Below, piece after piece: positions 37,530 to 50,765 of a stretch of 64,000 nt of DNA (position 1 is its first letter; every line of letters starts with the position of its first letter). This DNA comes from Azolla caroliniana (Eukaryota > Plantae > Polypodiophyta). The notes under the pieces are model-generated. The model was not told where the DNA came from. It saw only the letters and a list, made by a program, of their open reading frames with translations, and did no database searches. The translations under genes were made by a program, and so were the position numbers. The stretch spans positions 7,254,001 to 7,318,000 of the forward strand of contig JBHGNT010000003.1 of assembly GCA_043228905.1 (NCBI GenBank), given 5' to 3'.

Positions 37530-38381
37530 TAACCGGATCCCATCCAGAGGGACCGATTTCCCAATAATCTCCCCCTTCACTCCGGCATGGGATGTCTCGC
37601 AAGACCGATCCGCTTTCGGCATGCGTCCAACTTGTCAGTTGTCAACACCTTGGTCAACATATCTAACCCGTTCTCCTCCGTGTGGATCTTGGTCAGCACG
37701 AACTCTTGATCTTCTACTCTTTCCCGGATCTAGTGGTACCTCCGTTGGATATGTTTCGTTTGGGAATGGTAGGCTGCATCTTTTCAAGGTGGATGGCACT
37801 TTGATTGTCGCGGTAGAGCCGATATTCCTCCTGTTGAATCCCTAGCTCTCCGATGAAATCCTTCATCCAGATTATCTCCTTGCCGGCTTCCACACCTGCT
37901 ATGTGCTCCGCCTCTGTGGTTGACAGTGCAACCGTCTTCCGCAACCTCGATTGCCACGAAAGAGCTCCCCCTGCATATGTCATCACATATCCGGATGTTG
38001 ACCGGCTGGTATCCGCATCAGCCGACATATCCGAATATGTGAATCTGTCAAGTTGGGGATTACCGGAGCCGAACCGGAGGCACATACTCGAGGTGCCTTT
38101 CAAATACCGGAGTATCCATTTGACCACGTTCTAGTGCTCTCTTCCGGGATTGCTCATGAACCGGCTCACCACTCCGTCTGCATATCCAATATCCGGCCAG
38201 GTATATACCATTGCGTACATCAAGCTTCCAACAACAGAGGCATATGGTATCTTCATCATATCCGACTTCTCTGCCTTTGTCTTCGGGCTGTGCTTTCCAG
38301 ACAACTTGCAATTTGCTGGAAGTGTCGATTTAACCAGTTTCACCTCTGACATGTTGAACCTTTGGAGTACCTTTGTCACGT
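37530..38381 (-). mobile_element. Copia element D (family of A/C): LTR remnant, PPT, RT/RNase H end; interrupted by Gypsy G
   Basis: 'gagggaccgatttcccaataatctccccctt' LTR/PPT junction; KWILRYLKG, RSTSGY, ALSTTEAE. Confidence 0.85.
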
Positions 38382-38488
38382 TGTTGCATTGTTACGCGCG
38401 TGCGTATAGAATGAGGCGGGACCACGGGGGTCTTGGACCGAGAAATAACCGATCAGGAGTAGGAGCAAGAAAGGCAATGGCCGTGCTT

Positions 38489-38523
<35 letters not shown>

Positions 38524-39278
38524 TACACAGAAACTGCAACCGAATGAAACAATGGAAACGAGACGAATGCGTATGTGTACATATATATTATGATGAAAAG
38601 GGGTTACAACTGGCAGGCCGGTGAGCGACAAATCTCCTACGCCTACACACACGTGCACAGAAGAGCGAGATGGAGACTCTGCCAGAAGCACTCGGGCGTT
38701 CCGCGGAGCAGAGTCAACCTCCCGAAAACCTGCACAGAGCAAATACAGAGAAAGACAGAGGAGAAGAGCTCGGTCCCAGTCCGACAGCACTTCGTCCTCG
38801 ACTAAAGCGATCCCCTCCACAATACCTCTCCCTCTCTTTTATAGCCCAAGGAGGGAGGTCGTTACAACCCGTTACATTATCTTTATTCTCTATCCTTTCG
38901 GACAGAGATACGCCTCGATTTCCTACCTATCAAATCCGTGCGACCTAGGATATTCACATCAGCCGACTTGTACCTATATATGTACACTACAACAAAACTT
39001 GTGCCCGCATGTAAGGGCCGGTTCGCGCACATCATTCTCCGATTCCGCCTAGGGACGATTTTCTCCACGACATCCGCCCCCACCTAACCGCGCATCCACC
39101 GATATGCGCCAAAATAGACACTTGTCGGAGAAGACCGGCCCACGCTTACCCTTCGTCCTCCAGATCACCATTCGCTCCGAACCGGTCGTCCTCGCTATCC
39201 AAGTCGCCGGGTCCGGTTCATCCTCGTGCCGCTTTTTGAACGCTTTGATCCTTTTCCCAGTCACCGGTACTGCCATCC

Positions 39279-42200
39279 TGTAAAAGATTATGTGTGGAAG
39301 CAATAGAAAACCAAACACACAGAAAATACGCAGGTTTAATGGAGAGCTTGAGTATGCACAGTACGCAGGAGAGACAGAGAGAGAACACACAGAAAAATCA
39401 ATTCAAAAATACTAACTCTGTACTTACATTGTGCTCAGTGAGCACCTTTTATACAAGCCCTGACAATGGGCTGACACAAGTACTGACAGTACTTGACTGC
39501 TCATAAATGAGCCTCGACACTTACTCCCAAAACTATTCCTTACGAGGAATATCTCTCTAACGGCCTTTCGGTTTACGCACCGATACGGCCTCTCGTTACG
39601 CACCAGTCCGACCTAACTGATCGGTCCCAACCGATCCGGTTCTCGGTTTGCACAGCCGATCCGACCAATGTTGAGCTTGTATCTCAACACTCCCCCTCAA
39701 GCTCAACTTGAGGTTCCATCCGCTCTTCCGAATCTACGTTCCGGTTCCTCCTGGCTCCACGCCTTGCTTGCGCTCCTCGACCCGTTTGATTCCGCGCGCC
39801 TCGACCCTTTCGGTCAGCTTGTTTGCTCACACGGCCCTTCTCAGCTTCCTTGCTGTTGTGGTATTGGTGCCTCTTCTACTGCCTTCTCTTCCGCTTGGCC
39901 CTTGGTTGATTCTTCGTATCTGAATCAAGCATCCAAACTGACTCGGCTTCCTTCGATCGGTTTTCGCTCTCGTTTGAGTTGGCTGCCTCCAACTCTTCTT
40001 CGTTCTTCTGGCCCTTGATGGCTTCGTCTCGCCCACACTTGGTTGGCTTCGGCTCTTCCTTTTGACTGCTCCCCTTATGTCCGCTTTCAGACTCTTCCGG
40101 GGATCTGCCCTTGGCTTCTTCAGCCGATTCCAAATCGAAATCGTCATCCGACTCGGCATCGCGGTCTTCTCTCCCCCTTTCGTGGTCATTCGGGACATCT
40201 CTCCCCCTCAAGTTTGGCACGTCGAGGTGACGCAACCCAAGCACACCTGAGAATTGCCGCAACTTGTCCAGACCAAGAGGCTTGGTGAAGATGTTGCCGG
40301 TCTGCTGATCCGTCGGAGCATAATGAAGTTCGACTTCACTGGAGAGAACACGCTCACGGACGAAATGGTAGTGCACCTCAATGTGCTTAGTCCGGACGTG
40401 GAGAATGGGGTTCTTGGCGAGCTGGATGCTGCTGAGGTTGTCGCAGTAGATAGTCGTTGGATCAGACACCTCCACTTGCAGATCCTTAAGTAGCCGCTTC
40501 AACCATATGGCTTCGCATGTCGCGACAACCACTCCTCTATACTCGGCCTCGGTGCTCGACAACGCAACTGTCGGCTGCTTCTTGCTACTCCATGCGATCG
40601 CGGCACTCCCGAGAGAGAACACGAAACTGAACACGAAACCGGACGTTGCCGGCCCAATCGGCATCGGTGTAGCCGACCAACTGTGGGGTTGTATCGGACC
40701 GATATAGTAGCCCTCGGTCCTTAGTCCCACTTACATACTGCAGTATGCGTTGCGCACATTGAAGGTGCTCCTCGGTAGGTCGCGCCATGAACTGACTAAT
40801 CACCCCGACCGGGTAGCTGAGATCTGGTCGGGTGATGGTCAAGTATATAAGGCTGCCAACTATCTGTCGGAACCTCGTCGGGTCACATACCTTTCCGGAG
40901 TCGGGGCGAAGCTTGACTGTTCTATCCAGAGGAGTCGAGACGGACTTACAATCTGCCATCCCGAATTTGAAGAGCATATTCAACACGTAATGACGTTGGC
41001 TGATCAATATGCCTTCGGAGGTACGGATCACTTCGATCCCGAGGAAGTAATGAAGGTCCCCCAGATCCTTCATGTCGAATGATGCCGCGAGCTGGAGCTT
41101 CACACGGTCAATCTCATCTAGGCCGGCGTCGGTGATGACCAAGTCATCAACATAAAGTAAAATACTAACCAGCCCGAATCGACCTTTCCGAATGAACAAT
41201 GAGGAGTTCGATTTTGACGTCGCAAAGCCCATCCGACGTAGTCGATGCGTGATCTTCGCATTCCAGGCACGCGGGGTTTGCTTTAGTCCGTAAAGGGACT
41301 TCTTCAATTGGCACACCGCCGAAGTGTTCGTTCCGGAGTGAAATCTGGGGGGCTGTACTATGTACACCTGTTCCTCAAGCTCACCTTGTAGGAACGCATT
41401 CTTTACATCCATCTGATGTAAGTGCCATCCCTTTGCCGCAGCTACCGCGAGCAAAACACGGACGGTCGTCATCTTCGCGACCGGTGCAAATGTCTCATCG
41501 TAGTCGATGCCGTGTTTTTGCGCGTAGCCTTTCGCTACTAACCGGGCCTTGTATCGGTTGATCGAGCCATCGGTGTTGTACTTGACCTTGTACACCCACC
41601 TACATTCGATCGACTTCACACCTTTCGGTGCGTCAACCAGGTCCCAGGTTGCATTTTCCGCCAATGCGCGCATCTTTTCCTCCATCGCGGCACGCCAGTT
41701 TGCGTCTTTCGTTGCTTCTGCGTAGCTCTCCGGCTCACGCACTTCCGCCACTTGCGTCATGTACGCGTAATGGTGCGCCATGTACTCATTATAACCTGTT
41801 GAGAGACAAGCTCAACATCGGCCGTATCGGCTGAGCAAGCTGAGGACCGGATCGGTTAGGCCGGATCGGTTGGAAACCAGTATGCAGACCGATGCGTACG
41901 AAGGCCGGATCGGTGCGGAAACCGGGAGGCCATCGGAAAGATATTCCGCAAGGAATATATTTGGGAGTTAGTGTAGGGGCTCCTCAATGAGCAATGAAGT
42001 ACTGTCAGTACTTCTGTCAGTCCGAAAAGAACTTGTATAAAAGTGTTCATTGAACACACACGATGTACAGATCGAGTATTATTTTTGAATTCAGTTTGTG
42101 TGTTTACTCTCTCTTTGTCTCTCCCATACGTACTATGCAAACCTAAGCTTTCCATTAAACCTGCGTTTTCTGTTGTTCGGTTTCCTATATTGCTTCCGCA

Positions 42201-45200
42201 TGACATTCTTTTCATGGTATCAGAGTGCGAGGGTTGAGAACCTCTGCAGTCGACTTTGCTTGAAGGAAAAACCAACGAAGAAGAACAAGAAAACCGATGG
42301 ACAGAGGAATGGCTAGCTCGCTTTCGACGGAGAAGCTCGAGAGAACCAACTACGCATCTTGGTCCTACAAGATGCACCAGTACCTGCTTGGGCATGGTTA
42401 TTGGAGCTATGTCGATGGAGCAAATGACACAACACCCGATTCGACACACAAAGACTTCTCGGCGTGGGAACAATCGGCGAGCAGAGTGCTGTACTGTTTC
42501 GCTTCTTGTGTGGGCGAACAACTATTAAGCTACATTCAGGATGCAAAAACGCCGAAGGGTGTGTGGGAAAATCTGAAGAAGATCTTCACCGCGAGCACCA
42601 CAGCCAGGAAGCTTCAGCTTCGACAGGTGTTGAGCAACCTATGACAACGCGAGTTGTCGGTAGTTGACTATACCTCGAGGATCAAGGACATATGCGACTC
42701 CTTAGCTTCCATCAATGTGAACATCGAGGAAAGCGAGCTGCTGTGTGTACACGGGAGAATACGCCGTCGTTTTTCGACTTACAGTCGATGCTCCTTATAG
42801 AGGAGAACCACACGGGTGCGTCGACAAGCACACATGCCCACAACAAGATGTTGTGCACGGAGGGAGATAGGCCCTGTGGTCGTGGCGGATGAGGCGAGTC
42901 GGTACGCAATGGAGGCGGCCGACGGGATCAAGGAAGAAGGCACCGAAGTGATGCCGACAACAACTCTGGACCCTCTGGAAACAGGGGGAGTCGAGGCGAC
43001 GAGAATCGGCAAGGGAAATCCGCCGCGGAATGTTGGTATTGTGGCAAGAAAGGCCACAGGGAGAGCGAATGCTGAAAAAAACGTGCCAATTCGGACAGAA
43101 CTGGGTCGGAAACAGGTTCTGGATAGACCGACAAAGGAAATCGACAACGATCGCAGTACGCCGAAGGATCCGGAGAAGCCGGAAAATGGTTAGTTTTTGT
43201 GACGAGACATGAAGCAAACTCATTGAAGAAGATCACCCCGAAGTCAGAGGAGGTGTGGTACGTCGACTCCGGCGCGTCAAACCACATGACGTGCCACGAG
43301 GAGTGGTTCTCATACCTTGAGAAACCGACGCAACCAGGAGTAGTCGCAACCGGAGACGACACTCCGTATCTGATCGTGAATGTCGGTGAAGTTCCCTTGC
43401 GCCATGTCAGGCAGAAAGGGAAACTTATGAACGTGTTACACGTCCCGACAATCACGAAGAATCTGGTGTCAGTCGGGCAGATCGTCGACTAGGGGATGCA
43501 GGTTCGGTTTACACACCTCGGGTGCTTCATTGAGGAGGAAGGCCGTGTTATTACGCAAGGGCACAGAGATGGGAGGATGTTCATCCTCGACTCTACTGAT
43601 GGTGGCACCGCAATGTTCGCGAAGGGACAAAAAGTCGAGTCGGACATCGACTTATGGCACAAGCGGATAGGCCACGTCAACTACCAGCGGCTTCAAGACC
43701 TGCAATCGAAACAAGTGGTGTTCGGATTGCCCAAATTTAGTGGCCGGAAGGCACACATTTGTGAAGCCTTCCAGCTTGGGAAGCAACACCGACTTCCCTT
43801 CCCCAACGAGCGTAACCGGAGCCAGAACAAGCTCGACTTGATACACTCCAATGTGTGGGGGCCAGCACAAAACGTTAGTCTTGGCGGGAGCCGATATTTC
43901 GTCTCCTTCATCGACGAGTACACGCGGCACACGTGGATCTACCTCATTGAGAGGAAGAGCGAAGTCTTCGACTATTTCTAGGACCTCAAAGGGTTCGTGG
44001 AAACGGAAACAGGAAGAAAGATCAAGTGCCTGTGGTTGGATGGCGGAAAAGATTACTTTTCCGGTCAATTTAACGGTTATCTACAACATATGGGAATTCG
44101 GCGCGAATTCAGTTGTAGATACACGCCAGAGCAAAACGGAGTGGCCAAGAGGAAAAATCGGTCGGTTGTGGAAGCGGCACATGCAATGCTAGAAGTAAAG
44201 AGCTTGCCCAAGTTCTACTGGGCCGAGGCGGTAAGGACCGCGGTATACATCCAGAAACGGACCGGAGACAAAGTGTCGGCGCACGAGCTGTATTTTGGAA
44301 GGAAGCCGAAGTTGCAACACTTACAAGTTTTCGGTAGCATTCCGTATGTGCATGTGCCGAAGGAGAAACAGAGGAAGCTGGATGCAAAGGCCAAGAAATG
44401 TACCTTGGTCGGCTACTCGGACGAGCAGAAGGGTTATAAGTGTTATAACCTGCGCACCAAACAAGCGTGCGTGAGCCGCGACGTTGTGTTTGACGAGTCC
44501 GCGTCCTGGTACTTGCCTCTGACTTCGGACCTCACCTCCAATCTGAGCTCTGACGATGAGGTCAGCGAGACTGACATGCCTCCGGATGAGCTTGAAATCG
44601 GGACTGGCGAAGAGAGTCCGATTTCGTTTCGGTTAAGCGGACCGAATGGACGACTGAGTTGGTTCGACCAGTCCGATGAAGAGCCGACGAGTAGTGGAGA
44701 CTCGGCCGTGCATTCCCCGCGTAGGAAGCCAAGGAGATGGCTTACACGCAAAGAGAAAGGGAAGAAGAAGGTGTCGGATTCTGGCACGAATAGGAACGAG
44801 TCAGACTGATGCGAGTCCGACTCCGAAGGAAGCGGTGACGGGTCTTTAGGAGCGAAGTCCGCGTAGGCCGAGAAGACCTCGACATTGGTTAATGACCGAT
44901 TACGCCGATCTACCCCCCAGAAGAACCAAGTTGTGCGGTTCGGATATGAGTACATGGCGCATCATTATGCGTACATGACCCGTGTAGGGGAAGTGCGTGA
45001 GCTGGAGAGCTACGCAGAAGCGGCTAAGGACGCGAATTGGCCCGCCGCGATGGAGGAAGAGATGCACGCATTGGCAGAAAATGAGACCTAGGACCTGGTT
45101 GACGTACCAAAGGGTGTGAAGCCGATCAGATGTAGGTGGGTGTACAGGGATGAGACGTTTGCGCCGGTCGCGAAGATGAAGACCGTCCGTGTTTTGTTCA

Positions 45201-48200
45201 AGGTAGCCGCGACAAAGGGGTGGCACTTACATCAGATGGATGTAAAGAATGTGTTCCTACAAGGTGAGCTTGAGGAACAGGTGTACATGGTACAACCCCC
45301 CCCGATTTCACTCCAGAACGAACACGTCGGTAGTGTGCCGATTGAAGAAGTCCCTTTACAGACTGAAGCAAGCCCCACGTACCTGGAACACGAAGATAAC
45401 GCAACAACTGCGTTGGATGGGCTTTGCAACGTCAAAATCGGACTCTTCCCTGTTCATCCGGAAAGGTCGACTCGGTCCGGTCAGTATTTTACTATATGTT
45501 GATGACTTGGTCATCACCGACGCCGACATAGGTGAAATTGACCGCATGAAGTTCCAACTCACGGCATCGTTCAACATGAAGGATCTGGGGAACCTTCATT
45601 ACTTCCTCGGGATGGAAGTGATCCGAAGCCCCGAAGGCATACTGATCAGCCAACGACATTACGTACTGAGTATGCTCTTCAAATTCGGGATGGAAAACTG
45701 TAAGTCCGTCTCGACTCCTCTGGATAGAACAATCAAGCTTCGCCTCGACTCTGGAAAGGTATGCGACCCGACGAGGTTCCGACAGATCGTCGGAAGCCTT
45801 ATCTACTTGATAATCACCGAACCTGATCTCAGTTATCCGGTTGGAGTGATCGGTTAGTTTATGGCGCGACCTACCGAGGAGCACCTTTAGTGTGCGCAAC
45901 GCGTATTGCGGTCCGTAAGTGGCACTAAGGACTAGGGATTGCTATATCGGACCGATACAGCCTCGCAGTTGGTCGGCTACACCGATGCTGATTGGGCTGG
46001 CAATGCCGCCAATCACCGATCCACGTCCAGATATGCGTTCTCTCTTGGGAGTGCCGCGATAGCATGGAGTAGTAAGAAGCAGCCGATAGTTGTACTGTCG
46101 AGCACCGAAGCAAGGTACCGAGGAGCGGCTGTCGCGACATGCGAAGCCATATGGCTGAAGCAGCTACTTAAGGACCTGCAAGAGGAGGTGTCCAATCCGA
46201 CGACGATCTACTGCGACAACCTCAACAACATCCAAGTCGCGAAGAACCCCATTTTCCACGCACGGACCAAGCACATTGAGGTGCACTACCATTTTGTCCA
46301 TGAGCGTGTCCTTTCTGGTGAAGTCGAACTTCGGTATGTTCCGACGGATCGGCAAACGGCCGACATCTTCACCAAGCCTCTTGGTCTGGACAAGTTGCGG
46401 AAATTCTCGCGTACGCTTGGGTTGCATCACCTCGACGTGCCGAACTTGAGGGGGAGAGACGTCCCGAATGACCACGGAAGAGGGAGAGAAGTTCCGGAAG
46501 ACGAAGACCGCGACACCGAGTCGGATGATGAATTCGACTTCGGATCGGCTGAAGAAGCCGAGGGTGGATCCGCGGAAGAGTCCAAAAGCGGACATAAGGA
46601 GAGCAACCGAAAGAAAGAGTCGAAGCCAACCAAGCATGGGGGAGATGACGCCGTCAAGGGCAAGAAGACGGAAGACGAGTTGGAGATAGCCAACTCGGAC
46701 GAGAGCAAAAACCGATCGGAGGTAGCTGAGTCGGTTCAGATGTTTGATTTAGATACACTGAATCAACCGAGGGCCAAGCAGAAAAGAAGGCAGCAGGAGA
46801 AGTGACAACACCACAACAACAAGGGAGCTGTGAAGGGCCGTGGGAGCAGACAAGCCGACCGGAAGGGTTGAAGCGTGCAAAGTCGAATAGGCCGAGGAGC
46901 GCGAGCGAGGCGTGGTGATCCGGAAGATCCCGAAGAGGCTCAAGTTGAGCTTGAGGGGGAGTGTTGAGACACAAGCTCAACAACGGCTGGATCGGCTGAG
47001 CAAGCCGAGGACCGGATCGGTTGGGACTGATCGGTTAGGCTGGATCGGTGCGGAAACCGGGAGGCCATCGGAAAGATATTCCGCAAGGAATATATATTTG
47101 GGAGTTAGTGTAGGGGCTCCTCAATGAGCAATGAAGTACTGTCAGTCCGAAAAGGACTTGTATAAAAGTGTTCATTGAACACACACGATGTACAGATCGA
47201 GTATTATTTTTGAATTAAGTTCGTGTGTTTACTTTCGCTCTGTCTCTCCCGTGCGTATTGTGCAAACCTAAGCTTTCCATTAAACCTGCGTTTTCTGTTG
47301 TTCAGTTTCCTATATTGCTTCCGCACTAGATTCTTTTCATAACCGAACCGCACAATAGGCTTCTTCTGGCGGGTAGATCAGCGTAATTCTTCATTAGCTG
47401 ATGTTGAGGCTTCCTTAGCCGATGCGGACTTCACTCTCGAAGGCCCGCCATCACTTCCCTCGGAGTCGGACTCGCGTAGATCCAACTCGTTCCTATCCGT
47501 GCCGGAATTCGACACCTTCTTCTTCCCTTTTTCTTTGCGCGTAAGCCGTCTCCTTGGCTTCCTCCGCGGGGAATGCACGGCCGAGTCTCCACTACTCGTC
47601 GGCTCTTCATTGGACTGGTCGAACCAACTCAGTTGTCCATTCGGTCCGCTTAACCGAAACGAAATCGGACTCTCTTCGCCAGTCCCGATTTCAGGCTCAT
47701 CCGGAGGCATCTCAGTCTCGCTGACCTCATCGTGAGAGCTCGGATTGGAGGTGAGGTCCGGAGTCGGAGGCAAGTACCAGGATGCGGACTCGTCAAACAC
47801 AACGTCGTGACTCACGTGCGCTTGTTTGGTGCGTGGGTTATAACACGTATAACCCTTCTGCTCATCCGAATAGCCGACCAAGATACACTTCTCAACTTTC
47901 GCGTCCAACTTCCTCCTTTTCTCCTTCGGTATATGCACATACGCAATGCTACCGAAAACTCTCAAGTGTCGTAGATTCGGCTTCCTTCCGAAATACTGCT
48001 CATGTGCCGACACTTTTTCTCTGATCGGATTCTGGATGTATACCGCGGTTTGTACTGCCTTGGCCCAATAGAACTTGGGCAAGCTCTTTTCTTCTAGCAT
48101 TGCCCGCGCCGCTTCCACAATCAACCGATTCTTCCTCTCGGCCACACCGTTTTTCTCTGGAATGTATCTATAATTGAATTTGCGCCGAATTCCCATTTGT

Positions 48201-50765
48201 TGCAAATAGCCGTTGAATTGACTGGAAAAGTACTCTTTTCTGCCATCCGAACGCAGACACTTGATCTTTCGTCTTGTTTCAGTTTCCACGAACCCTTTAA
48301 GGTTCCGTGCACAGTCGAAGACTTCACTTTTCTTCTCAATAAGGTAGATCCATATGTGCCGCGTATAGTCGTCGATGAAGGAGACGAAATATTGACTCCC
48401 GCCAAGACTAACGTTCTGTGCCGGCCCGCATACATTGGAATGTATCAAGTCAAGCTTGTTCCAGCTCCGATTATGCTCGTTAGGGAAGGGAAGTCGGTGT
48501 TGCTTCCCGAGTTGGCAGGCTTCACAAATTTGTGCCTTTCGGCCACTAAATTTGGGTAATCCAAACACCACCTGTTTCGATTGTAGGTCTTGAAGACGTT
48601 GATAGTTGACGTGGCCTATCCGCTTGTGCCATAAGTCGATGTCCGACTTGAGTTTTTGTCCTTTCGCGAACATTGCAATGCCACCGTCACTAGAGTTGAG
48701 GATAAACATCCTCCCGTCTCTACACCCTTGCACAATAACTCGATCTTCTTCCTCGATGAAGCACCCAAGATGCGCAAACTGGACTTGCATCCCTTGGTCG
48801 ATGATCTGCCCGACCGACACCAGATTCTTCGTGATTGTTGGGATGTGTAGCACGTTCATAAGTTTCCCTTTCTGCCCGACATGGCGCAAGGGAACTTCAC
48901 CGACATTCATGATCGGATGCGGAGTGTCGTCTCCGGTTGCGACCACTCCCGGTTGCATCGGTTTTTCCAAGTACGAGAACCACTCCTTGTGGCACGTCAT
49001 GTGGTTTGACGCGCTGGAGTTGACGTACCACACCTCCTCCGACTTCGGGGTGATCTTCTTCATCGAGTTTGCTTCGTGTCTCGTCACGAAGACTGACCAT
49101 TTTTCAGCTTCTCCGGATCCTTCGGCGTAGTGCGATCATTGCCGATTTCCTTTGTCGGTCTGTCCGGAACCTGGTCCGGACCCGGTTCTCTCCGAATCGG
49201 CGCGCTGTTTCCAGCACTTGCTCTCCCTGTGGCCTTTCTTGCCACAGTACCAGCATTCTGCGGTGGATTTCCCTAGCCGGTTCTCATCGCCTCGACTCCC
49301 CCTGTTTCCAGAGGGTCCGAAGTTGCAGTCAGCATCACTCCGGTGCCTTCTTCCCCTATCCCGTCGGCCGCCTCAATTGCGCACTGACTCGCCTCGTCCG
49401 CCACGACCACGGGGCCTATCTCCCTCCGTGTACAACATCTTGTTGTCGGCAATCGTGCTCGTTGATGCACCCGTGTGGTTCTCCTCTATAAGGAGCATCG
49501 ATTGTAAGTCAAAAAATGGCAGTGTATTCTCCCGTGTACACACAGCAGTTCGGAACGCTCCGAACTTCGACGCCAGTCCCCCGAAACAGATTTGCACCAT
49601 CTCGCCTTCCTCGACGTTCACATCGATAGAGGCTAGAGAATCACATATATCTTTGATCTTTGAGGTGTAATCAGCCACCAACAAGTCGCGTTGTCGTAAA
49701 TTGCTAAGCTCCTATCAAAGTTGAAGCTTCCTGGCTGTGGTGCTTGCGGCAAAGATCTTCTTCAGATTTCCCCAAGCATCCTTTGGTGTTTTCGCATCCC
49801 GAATATAGCTCAGGAGCTATTCACCCACACAAGACGTGAAGTAGTACAATACTCTACTTGCCGACTGTTCCCAAGCCGGGAAGTCTTTGTGTGTCGAATC
49901 AGATGCTGTGTCATTTGCTCCATCGACATAGTTCTAGTAATCGTGTCCGAGCAGGTACTGGTGCATCTTGTATGACCAAGACGCATAGTTGTTTCTGTCG
50001 AGCTTCTCTGTTGGAAGCGAGCGAGCCATGCCTCTATCCATCGGTTTTGCCTGTTCTTCTTGGTTGGTTTTTCTTTCAAGCTATGTCGGCTGCAGAGGTT
50101 CTCAACCCTAGTGCTCTAATACCATGTAAAAGATTATGTGCGGAAGCAATAGAAAACCAAACACACAGAAAATACGCAGGTTTAATGGAGAGCTTGAGTA
50201 TGCATAGTACGTGGGAGAGACAGAGAGAGAACACATAGAAACATCAATTCAAAAATACTAACTCTGTACTTACATCGTGCTTAGTGAGCACCTTTTATAC
50301 AAGCCCTGACAATGGGCTGACACAAGTACTGACAGTACTTGACTGCTCATAAATGAGCCTCGACACTTACTCCCAAAACTATTCCTTACGAGGAATATCT
50401 CTCTAACGGCCTTTCGTTTTACACACCGATACGGCCTCTAGTTACGCACCAGTTTGCGTATCCGTTTTACGCACCGGTCCGGCCTAATCGATTGGTCCCA
50501 ACCGATTGATTTGACAATGGGCTGACACAAGTACTGACAGTACTTGATTGCTCATAAATGAGTCTCGACAATTACTCCCAAAATTATTCCTTACGAGGAA
50601 TATCTCTCTAACGGCCTTTCAGTTTACGCACCGATACGGCCTCTAGTTACGCACTAGTTTGCATATCCGTTTTATGCACTGGTCTGGCCTAATCGAGCGG
50701 TCCCAACTGATCCGATTCTTGGTTTGCACAGCCGATCTGTCCAATGTTGAGCTTGTATCTCAACA
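39279..50765 (-). mobile_element. Complete-structure Copia element E (family of B): LTRs 39279-39689 and 50125-50765, PBS 50113-50124, TSD CATCC; contains nested element F
   Basis: CATCC at 39274-39278 and 50766-50770; matching LTRs; minus-strand TGGTATTAGAGC; ORFs 47378-49087 (PR/INT), 40585-41781 (RT), 39876-40730 (RNase H). Confidence 0.95.
41797..47339 (+). mobile_element. Complete-structure but decayed Copia element F: LTRs 41797-42214 and 46962-47339, PBS 42215-42226, TSD TAACC
   Basis: TAACC at 41792-41796 and 47340-47344; TGGTATCAGAG; PPT TGAGGGGGAG 46952-46961; gag-PR(VDSGAS)-INT-RT(LLYVDDL)-RH with stops and deletions. Confidence 0.95.
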
